The notes under the pieces were generated by a model. It did no database searches and was not told where the DNA came from. It saw nothing but the letters and a program-made list of their open reading frames with translations. Shown here piece by piece: positions 53,001-64,000 of a DNA stretch of 64,000 nt (within the stretch, counting starts at the first letter, position 1; every line of letters begins with the position of its first letter). Position numbers and translations under genes: made by a program. The DNA comes from a virus (Duplodnaviria > Heunggongvirae > Uroviricota > Caudoviricetes): positions 24,579 through 88,578 of the IMG/VR virus record IMGVR_UViG_3300028591_000102; one strand, given 5' to 3'.

Positions 53001-56000
53001 AAGATCCTTCGGCCTATGTACGAGAGGAAGCACGCCGTGCTAAAATGGAAGACATTTTAGATGAAAGACGTAGAAATGCATTGGCTAGAGAAGATCGTGA
53101 AGAAAAAACGAGGGAAGCATAGGCTCAAGAAGAGGCAAAGGCAAGAGAAGCCGCGCGAATTGCTGCTGAAAAGCAACAGCAAGAAAAAGAAGAGTCTGCA
53201 TCAGTTACTTCTGATAAATATGCTAGATTAACTCCAGAATATATTGCTTAGGCTTCTAAAGAAGAATTAGATGAACTTGAATAGCTATCTGATTAGAGAA
53301 GATTAGAGAAATCAAATATTCCTACTAATAAAGAAGATGCAATGGCCTTATATAATAGTCTTAAGACTCTTAAAAGTCATTCGGAGTTTGATGCAGCTGC
53401 GAGACGTTTTTATGGTGGATGGGAGTTTGATACTTAGGCAAATCTTATTTAGAAACCAGCCTATCGTGTATCTAGTGATAATATTGCAGCAAATAACGAA
53501 AGATTTGAGATTTCAAGATTAATTGAAGCTAGAAGGCAGCAGTTAGAGGATGAATCAATTTAGTTGAAAGTTTAGGCTGATACAGAAGGTTCTAAAGAGG
53601 AAGGAACTAAAGCTGGAGAAAGTTTTAAAGAAGGTGCGGAATCTGTTGAATCTACATAGGATGCAACAACTTTAGAGCAAACAGTATAGGATGCTGTAAA
53701 GCCAGTAGAGGTAACTACTGAAGAATAGATTAGTATGATGAAAGAGTCTATGACTTCTTCTTATGAGAATCCGGAATAGTGGCAATCTCTTATTGCTAAT
53801 AAAACTAATGAAGAATTATAGCAGTGGTCGTAGAATCTTGCTCATACTGGCACGATAGATACTGATACGGCTTTAGAGGCTCTTAGATAGTTACGTACAG
53901 AAGCGTAGGAAGCATTAAAATTAAAGGCTAGTGTTGATACTGAATCTGCCCAAGCGGCTGGTGAATAGGCAACTAAAGTAGCTGAAGAAGCAGCAAAACC
54001 CGTGGAATTAAAGGCGGCTGCACCCGGTGCTGGTCCTGGTGCTGGTCCTGGCGGTGGTCCTCCTACTGCACCCGGTGCTGGTCCTGGCCCTGGAGGTGGT
54101 CCTCCTATTGCATCTGGCGGTGCTGGTCCTGGTGGACCTCCTGGTGGACCGCCAAACAATACTGAAACTGCGGCTGCTGTATTACCATTATTAACAAATA
54201 GTAAATATAATGTATATAACACTGCTAATGAAGAATTTAAACCAGAAACTAGAGAAAGTATTGAATAGCTAATAAATGAAGTTGGCAAAGTTAATCCTGC
54301 AGTTACGGCAGCAAAAGAATCATTATTACAATTATATGATACAAAACCGCCAGCTGAATTTGTTGATGCTTGGAATAAGTTAACTGGTGCTGGAGAAGTT
54401 CAAGTAGGAAATGAACGTAATGATAATGCAGATCTTTATTTACAACAAATATATGATTAGGTACATGGTTCTAAAGATGGAACTTAGATTCCTGTAGAAC
54501 CTGTTATTAGTAATCCTGAAAATATTAGTGAATAGATAACTAATGCAGTTTAGGAAACAAAACCAGAAGTTTAGATAAGTTTAGAAGAAGCCAAAGCTTA
54601 GTTAGATGAATTAAAGTCCGCTTATACCTTTAATAAAGATATGGGACAATATATCCCTAATGATCCAACTTCTGAAAAATATGGAATGGCATTAAGTACT
54701 GATGAATATAATGCTCAACTTCAATCAATTTAGGGAGTTATTGATAGCTTACAACAGAAGAAGCAGGCTGCGGCAGAGAGTTCATCTGAATATAAGATGG
54801 GAGCTCTTGAAGAAGATGCTGCGGAAGAATAGACCCAAGGTAAGATTCAATAGACTATTTCTAAATTATAGGAAAAGGCTTAGGCTTTAAAGGGCTCCGG
54901 TCAGTCTATTTCTTCTTTTGGTAGTGCGCTATCTACAATTACAAGTGTACTTGATAAGTCTTCTGCAGGAGGCCGTATATTTTCCGGAGTTATGACTTCT
55001 GTTGCTGGTGCGATTAAAGTTGTTGGTGCTTTAATGACAAAAAATCCTTGGATGGCACTTGCGACTGGTATTGTTACAATTATTAATGGTATTTCATTAG
55101 CTATTGAAGATGACGCGGAAAGACTTGAAAGGTTAACTAAAGAAGCCGAAGAAGCTGGTAATAAGGCCAAGGAATTAAAAGCTAATTATAATATTCTTGA
55201 TAAAGGTAAAAAGAAATTAGAAGATTTAGAAAAGAAGCGTTATGATAGTGCAGAAGCTGCAGAGGAATATTAGTCTGCGGTTGACGAATTAGCGGAAAAA
55301 TTCCCCTCTTTAATTACTGGTTTTGATGAAGCAGGTAATGCTATAATTGAAACCGCGAGTATGGAAGATGCCTTAGCCTCTGCGCGCGATAAGAGTGCAG
55401 CAGCGACATATGCTGCGTTGAAGGCTGAATAGGCTAAACTTCAAGAAGAAACTAAAGCTAAATTAAAGGATGCAAAAACATAGGTAAATGAATTACCATC
55501 TTCATATGCACAATTAAGAGGTGTTCAAGACGCAGGAAGCACTGCTGTATATGATTATTTAATTAGCAATAGTAAGCGTGAAGACGGTACTTAGAGAAAA
55601 GATAATATCATAAATACTCTTGAACGTATGTCCATAGGTGAATTTAATCCAACACTGTATGCTGGCGGAATGGGATTTACTGCCGAAGGATATTTAAATG
55701 CGTTAGGCGCTGCTGCAAAATTTTATAATAGTAATCCCGATTTATTAAAATTTGATTCTGATGTTGAAGAAAGCTAGTAGGAGTCTTTTAAATAGTTATT
55801 AGCTGATTTAAATAATGCTTGGGTTGAAGATGAAGATGGATAGATTACTTTAGATCATAAAGAAGCACTTAAAGCATTAGAAAATAATAATAGTTATGAG
55901 GCATCTTAGTTAATTAAAGCATTACAATTATCAACTGCAGATACTACAGATTATACTAATATTTTATAGTCATAGGCTGATGAATTAAATGCTGCATTAG

Positions 56001-59000
56001 ACAGTGGAGATATGTCTAAGATTAGTGCGGCATATAATAATTTAAAAGAAACAGTTGTTGCAATTTAGCATACTGCGGCGGGAGATACTGATCTTACAGA
56101 CTTTGCCGCAAACTTTCTTACTTCATTTGATGACATTTCTACTGCGGTTAGGGATTATGAAGAAAAAATTGAACAAGAAGCAAGAAATAGTAAAGAATTA
56201 ATTAATGCTTATTTTAGAACTACTTATAAAGATAGTGAATTTATTCAAGATAAAAGTGGTTTATTAGATATTATTGGAAGTTCTTTTGATGCTAAATATT
56301 AGGATGCATATAAAAAAGCAAAAGAAAAAGGCGAATCATACAGTCAAGATGACTTTGTATCTCAGTATTTTGCGGACATGGAAACTGCGGCAACTTACGC
56401 AGAAACGTTCTGGCTTAACCTTTCTACTATGGGTTCATCTGTAGTAGATTAGTTTTAGTCTATGATTAAAGATTCTTCCAAATATCGTAAGGAAATGTTT
56501 GCATAGAAATTTGGTAAAATTGATGGTTTTGATAAGATTGAGCAATATATAATAGAAAAAGCTGATGAAAGAATTAAAAATATTAATGATAATTTAATTG
56601 AATATTTTAAATAGTCTGATAAGAATAGAAAAAACATCTCTTCTGATAATATTTTATAGTTTACTGCGAATCGTGTTGCGGCTGAAGGTCGTAAAGAAAA
56701 TGTTCAAACTTATGCGGAAGCACAACTTCTTAAAGATATATATTCATAGAGCGAAGATTTAATTAGTAAAGGTTATATTGAAGAATATACTCAATATTCT
56801 GACGCGGCGTATAATTTATTTGATTAGATGTTAGGTTTACCAGCGCAGGCATACAGCTTAATGTTTGATTATTACGGTAAATATGGAATGAAATCTAAAT
56901 CAGATATTAATAGTATGATTGATGCTATTAAAGGAGATACAAATATAGAAAATGATGCATTAATTCCTTTATTAGAACTTATCCGTGATAATATGCGTGA
57001 TAATGTTGCTCTTGCGATGGAAGCTTATAGGGATACGCTAGCAGAAGAGTGGAAAGATAAGAGTAAATTATTTAAGAGTTTAACTTCTGGTATTGATATA
57101 GGTGACATTGATACTATAATTGCTGAAGCTAAGGGTATGGGCATCGAAGATATCGGTGTTGATGATTTTGTTGCCAGCGGCGATAAATTAGTTTTAGATG
57201 CAGATAAGGCTTTAGAATATTATAAAAAATATTTTGAAAAATAGACGGATAAAATTAATGAATTTAGAGATAAAATAGATGTCGATTATAATGGCAATAA
57301 ATTAAAGACGGATGAAAACGGTCAATTAGATTTAGATTGGATAGATGACGCAGATGAATTAACATAGCAACAATATGATTATTTTGAAACTACACTTGGC
57401 GTAAAAGATCTTTAGACTTTCTATACTAAAAATGAAAAAACTGGCAAATATAAATGGACCGGTAGTAAACACGCGGACTTTTTAAAAAATGTTCAAGAAG
57501 CTTGGGATACTCGTCATGAAGTTTTAGGTTTATTATATAAATCAATTGAACAAGAAGAAATTGAAATTGTCAAAGATATATAGTGGAAACAAGGAGATTA
57601 TTCTTCATTAAAAGATTATATCGGTGATAAATCTATACTTGATATAATGAAGATGAGTAATAAAAATATTAGTAATGACTATAAAAAATCTCCAGATGTT
57701 AAAAATGCGGTTGACCGAGCTCGTAAAGCCACTTAGAATCTTATTAATGATTTAATATCAAAGCCACTTAGTGAAATTGATTTTTCTGAGTATCAAGATC
57801 TTCCCGCTGAAATTTTAACAGAAATTAAACAATTAGGTCATAATGGTGTTTATGCTTTTGTTAAAAAATATACCGAATACTTAGGACTTGGCGTTGATGC
57901 TACAAATGATTTAATACTTGAGGCTTATAATAAAAAGAATGAAAAAACTTCTAATAGTTTAATAAAAGATTTGTCATTCTTTGATTTTAATACTGTTGAA
58001 TTAACTGCCGAATAGTTAAAGAATTTAGCAAATACATTTGATGTTGATTTTGGACAATTGTTGAGTGTATTTGGCGGTAGTTTTGATGCGATCACCGGTA
58101 AAGCAAAAGTAGATATTGCCACGCTCATGTCAATGGGTATTGATTTGACCAGCGTCGATGGATTTATGGAAACCGTTTAGGAATCCATTAATAATCTATT
58201 TAAAAATTTAGCAACTTATATATCAAATGCTATTAAAGGTAACTTAAGTGCAGAAAATGCAAAAGAACTATAGAATTTTGCTACAGAACGTGGCTTGGGT
58301 AAATTAAACTTTATATAGACTGCTGATGGGTTGAAATTAGCAAATGATGAGGCCATTAGATTGGTTAAATCATTGCAACAGGTTAATTCATTATAGGGTT
58401 AGGTTGTTTTTAAAGAATTGGCAGAAAATTTAATTAAAACAGACGATAGATTTAAATCTGTTGAATCAACTGCTGGTTATATTAAAAAAATCAAAGATGA
58501 AATGAATGACTTGAATAAAGAATCCGATTAGTTTATAATAGCACAAGAAGAATATGCAAAATTACTTAAAGAAGAATAGCCGCATATTGAAGCATTTGAT
58601 AAAGTAAATGGTAATGCTCATTTATATAATAGAAATTGGATTAATAACGCTGATGGTACATACTCAACTATTTTAGGTACCGAATATACAGATTGGGAAA
58701 TTGGTGAATAGGAAGCTCATATTCTGATGACACCTATTCCAGAATGGGCGGAAATCGAAGATGATATTCTTCCAATGGAAGAACTTGATAGTTATATTGA
58801 TGCATTAATGGAAAAGAATCCTATTGATGTTAATGCATTATTAGAGTTAGATGCAAAAGGTTTAGAATTGAATGGTAAACATCTTTCTAATATGATTATT
58901 GATATTAAAGATGCTACTGAAACCTCTGCAGATGAATTTCATAATGAAGCAATAGAACTGCATGAATGGAGTAATGCATGGGAATCGATTCGTTAGGGCG

Positions 59001-62000
59001 TTGAAGTACCAGACAATAGTGAACGTTTAGCCGCGCTAGAGGAAGAATTGTCTCTTGCTCAATAGATTCAAGCAATTCGCGGAACAAGAGAAGATAGCAC
59101 GTTTAAATTCATGGAATAGAATATTCCAGCTGGTCAAAATAATCCATTAAATTACTGGGAAAATTGGCGTAAAGCATATGATGCAATTAATGAATCAGTT
59201 AACGGTGATAAAAATAATAAAGGATACATGGGTTATCAAGACTTCTATAATATTATTACCGAAATGGGTAACCTTTCCGATATGATGGGAGGAAAGGGGA
59301 TTAAAATAGGTGAAAACTTAGAAGTCACTTCAGAAAAGGTAGCTTCATTAATTGAAAAAGCCGGTCGAAATATGGAAGTCGCCGCGGATGGATCTTTAAA
59401 AATTAATCTTGAAGGAATTGGAGTGGATTTTGCTTCTAGTGCGGATAGCATGGCAGCAGACGTAGATACTGGTATCAAGGAGATGGCGTAGTCTCAAATT
59501 GATATGCTTGATGGATTAATAGCGTTACTTGAAACAATAGTGGCGATGGAAGAATTAAGTGATATCGATATAGAGGGCGATGGAATTGATATTGGTAATA
59601 TTCTATCTGTTAATTGGGATTCAGAGGGAAACCCAGTCGATGATGCTGAATTTACTGAAGGTTACAATAGATGGCGTCAAAGTATTATTGAACAAATTAC
59701 AGAATATAACGAAGACGGCAGTAAAAATGCTAAATTTAATAAAGATTTAGCAGATGCAATGGGTAAAATTAAGCTTGATGGCCATATATTATCTGATATT
59801 ATTTCTTGGGATGCCAATGACCTCGCAAATATGGGTAAAGAATTTAACGAATCTTACGCTAAGCTTATGGATGCAATGGTCAAGGCTGCTGTATCAGGAG
59901 ACTATGATTTAGATAATATTGCAGAGAGTGTACAATAGATTCTAGCACAATCGGGAGTTACTGATATTACTATTGATGTTGGAGATACAACACTGGTATT
60001 AACTGGTGGAGAAATTCGTCAAGTTAATTGGAACCTTGCTGATTCTTAGGATGCTTTGGCAAGAGCTATCTAGGATGGTATGGCCAAGGATAAACAAGAG
60101 GCTAAAGATTATATTACTGAGAAAATGGCCGCATATGATAAGGGTGAGAAACTCGATGAGCGTGACTTATCATATGTAATGGAAGTAAATCATCATATTA
60201 AATTTGTTAATGGTCAGACTGTAGTTACTTGGAATGGTAAAGAATATGTTGATGGTTCAGACGGTTTTGCACAGGCTATTGCTGCGAATCGTCTATTAGA
60301 CGCCGGTATAGAATTAGAAGAAAATTGGAAGCCTGAGGATCATACAGGAGAAACTACTGTTACTACGACTACGATAATTGGTAGTAAAGAGGATATAAAG
60401 GTAGAATCAGATGGATATAGTATTACTTTCTATAGTCCTGATGGAACTGGTTACGCTTCTAAAGATGCATTATTACATGGTGAATATTAGAAATATTTTG
60501 ATGAGCATAATGGTAAATCAGATTCTGAAGGTCATTAGTTAAAGGTTTAGACTTATGAAGAATGGTTATATGCAAATTATAATATTCGTACAAAGATTTT
60601 AACTAAGTTTACTGATGAGAATGGAGAAGAAGTAGATTTATCTCAGGATGTTGGGACACGCGCAGAAGTAAATAGATTATTAAATACATCCAATGATGCA
60701 ATTGTTAAGATGTTTGAAGAGGGCGCGGATGCTTAGGGTAACTATCATCTTACATTAGATAATGGTGTATAGATTGATTTTAGTGGAGACGATGTTGCGG
60801 TTAATGGAACACTAGATCCTGAATTAGTAAAAGCTAAATTAAGGGAAGCGTTGGGACTTGATTCTGCATTAGCTGATACTATTACAACTGGAATTACGAA
60901 TGCCATTCCAGGCATTATTTCCTCTTTAACCGAAGTTGATGCGGGTCCATTAGAAAAGGTTGCGACCGCTTTAGCAAATATATTATCAAATATTTAGGCA
61001 TTAGCTGGAGCAGATTATACATCTATAGCGAATGGTTTAAATTCGCTAAATGAACCGGGTGAAGTTACTGTTGAAACCTCTACTGGAGATAATACAGTTG
61101 AAATTGATACAACCGCAATTGAACAAGCTGGAAATACAGTTTAGGAAACCGGCGGGAAATTTACTACCGCGGGTGAAAAAGCTGCTGAAGCCGGTACAAA
61201 GGCGGAAGAATTTGCAACTGGAACAAATGTTGCAGGAACCAATGCCAGCAGTGCTTAGACTTAGATTGAAGGTTTAAGTAATGCTGAATTAAATGCTGGA
61301 ACAAATGCTCTTATGTCTACTCCTTCAGTTGAGTCCTTGTCTGTTTCTACTGGAAATATGGGAGCGTCCGCCGCGAGTGCGGCATCTCCGGTATCAACCG
61401 CAGCTTCTAATATTGAAAGATTGGCTTCAGCAATCCGTAGTATTCCTGCAAGCACAACACATTCTGTTACTATTAGCGTAAGAGAATCTAGTGCAAAAGG
61501 TAATGTTCAAATCGTTAGTGGTAAAACTGGAAAATTATTCTCATTTGCTAAAGGTAATGCTTTTGCTGGAGGAAAATCAACGCTAATGGGGGAACTCGGA
61601 CCAGAATTAGTAGTATCTAATGGCGGATATTATATTGTTGGTCAAAATGGTTCTGAAATGGTTGATTTGCCAAAAGATGCAATAGTTTTTAATCATTAGT
61701 AGACTGAGTAGTTATTAACAAAAGGCAAAGCCGGAAGAGGTAAACCATTTACTAGTGAAGATAATGCAATTTCTTTTGCTAAAGGTAGTTTTAGTGGTGG
61801 CCCAGCAATGGCTTCTGCTAGTGCTGCGCTAGCCGCATTAAAACAATTACGTGCAATGTGGGAGTCTTTATAGAACGCCTCTGTTAAAAATCTCGCCGGT
61901 AAAGGCGGCGGCGGTGGTGGCGGTGGCGGCGGCAACAAGGAAGTTCAAGCCGCATGGATTGCCCAAGTAGAACGTTGGTATAACTTAATGCAGAAGATTG

Positions 62001-64000
62001 CATAGCTTGAAAAAGATATTACATATGAAGAGACGTTGCGTAGCAAATTATCTTCTGATATTAATAAAAATGGTAAAGCTTATTATGCAAGTTAGAAACG
62101 TTCACTTAAAGCCATTGAAGACTAGATGATTGCACAAGAGACGCTTGTTATTAGTCAAGAAGAATATTTTAAACAACGTCGTGATTAGTTAAATAATAGT
62201 ATATTTAATAAGTTCTATACATTTGATGAAAATGGATAGCTTAAGTATTCTAATTATAAAGATCCCGAGGGTGGATATAGCTTCTTAGCTGATCTAATGT
62301 CATAGGATGATTTTGGTAAAGCAAAATATACTGCAGAAGAGCAATATAATAAATTGCTATAGGCTGGCTTTGGAGCATATATGCAATATAATTCCAATGG
62401 TGAAAAAATTGAAGCTGATGATGAAGGCAACTTTGATTATTCTGCCGCGGTTGAAGCTTTCTGGAATTAGGTCGATAGTCAGAGAGAAGAAATGCAATCT
62501 CTTCATGATGATATTGAGGACGGTAAAAATAGCTTACTTGAGCTTGAGAGTGCACGTAATGAAATATTACAAGAAATTCGCGATAATCAAATGAAAGTTG
62601 AATAGAACGTTTTGAAAGCAGTAGAAGCTTAGAGACAAAGAGCTATTGATAATTTATCAGAAGAGCGAGAAGCATTACAAGAATCTAGTTAGAAGTATAT
62701 TCAAGGTTTAAATGATGCATTAAGTAAAGAACGCTCAATGTATGAAGACTAGTAGAATGAACAAGAATTACAAAAATTGTACCGTTAGCTTGATATTTTA
62801 AAACGTTCGGGAGGCTCCGGTAGTCAAATTAGAAGTCTTGAAAGTGAAATAAAGACTAAAGAACAAGAATCATATTTTAATCAATGGCAAGAACAAATTG
62901 ATGCTATCCAAGAAGCATCTGACTTAGAATTAGAACGTTTGGATACATAGATTGACTTAATGACATAGACATTAGAATATGAGAAGGAACATGGTTTATT
63001 GTGGGCTGATGTTTATACTGTAATGTCCTAGTCTCCAGAAGAAATTATGGCCTTTATTACTGCACATGATGAAGAATATTGGGGTAACTCTCCATTACAA
63101 AATGATGAAAACTTCCGTCAGGCAATGTTTGAAGCAGATTAGTGGGGAGAGTTTCAGAGAGATGCCGCGGCGGCTACTGCAGATTAGATGGCTGCTAATG
63201 CATCTATCGAATCTAATATTGCTAGTGCAGTATATGGTTAGGATAGTGGCGCTTATCAATGGAATATCTTTAATCAAGCTATGACTGATTTATATGGTAA
63301 TCAATGGAGTAATATTGCCGATACTGTAAAGGATCAATTTTTACAGCAATATTCTAAAACAGGCGATATTAATGCTGCATCAGAAGCTATTACTGGAGGA
63401 ATCAATTCTTTAAGTGAAACATTGGTTGGAATGATGGAATCATTTAATAATCAAGGAGTCGAGGAAGTTCCTTCCGTCGGTGGCGCTGGAGATAGTGATG
63501 ATAGCGGTAGTAGTGATAGTGGTAGCAAGACTGGAAGTCCTAAAGGCGGTGGTGGAAAAACTACTTGGATGGATAAGGCTTGGAAGTCTGCTCAGACCGC
63601 AGCCGCATCTGCTACTGCTACTGCGGCAGATGCAGTCAAAACAGTGGCTAAGGCTTTAAATGTTGCTGGAGTAGTATCGGCCGCTTCTGTAAAAACTGGA
63701 GCATATAAACCACATACACCTAAAAAACTTAGTGTTACCGGTAATGCTCTAGCTGAAGGCACATTAATGGGTGAGCTTGGTCCAGAACTATATGTTTCTG
63801 GTGGTTAGACCCATCTGGCTGGTCGTTATGGCGCAGAAATGGTTGACTTGCCAAATGATGCTATTGTATTTAATCATTTATAGACATAGCAATTATTAAA
63901 GGCTGGTTATTCTACTGGTAGGGGTAAATCTATAATTAATGATTATATTTCTGCGGGAATGCACAAGACTCATCGTTCGCTTGCATATGGTATAGGTAAT
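47078..64000 (+). CDS. Giant tail tape measure protein (>5,641 aa, partial), TAG=Gln
   Basis: All plus-strand protein-like fragments from 48734 to 63281 share one frame; manual scan found no in-frame TAA/TGA; TP901-type TMP core at ~48300-49100 (ELDTVM..ISIVTDMS...ESATNIGSALKSIAARY). Confidence 0.88.

Noticed and set aside
32751-64000. Pseudogenes or frameshift-riddled assembly
   Set aside because: All fragments of each gene share one frame and are broken only by TAG, never by TAA/TGA, so this is recoding rather than decay

Overview
The window is part of a large, tailed, siphovirus-like phage genome. The host is probably a Bacillota/Firmicutes gut-type bacterium, judged from sigmaA-like TTGACA/TATAAT promoters and strong AGGAGG ribosome-binding sites. 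There are three zones. (1) 1-9.5 kb, minus strand: small accessory genes, four tandem tail-fibre/baseplate-tip paralogs and an SF2 helicase, several of which read through TAG. (2) 10.4-32.4 kb: an early/host-takeover-like array of about 50 small genes that avoids TAG altogether. It is built from self-contained cassettes: a 19-bp palindrome TTAGATGT-nnn-ACATCTAA (36 copies), a sigmaA promoter, a 5' hairpin, an ORF or non-coding RNA, and a terminator. It includes an unusual 112-nt tRNA-like RNA, a MoxR-type AAA+/VWA pair, an exonuclease and winged-helix paralogs. (3) 32.7-64 kb, plus strand: a virion morphogenesis operon (terminase, portal, scaffold/protease, capsid, neck, tail tube and a >5,600-codon tape measure protein). 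It only forms intact genes if TAG is read as Gln (genetic code 15), so the supplied ORF track is fragmented there. All translations, counts and protein-family calls were made by eye, without database searches.
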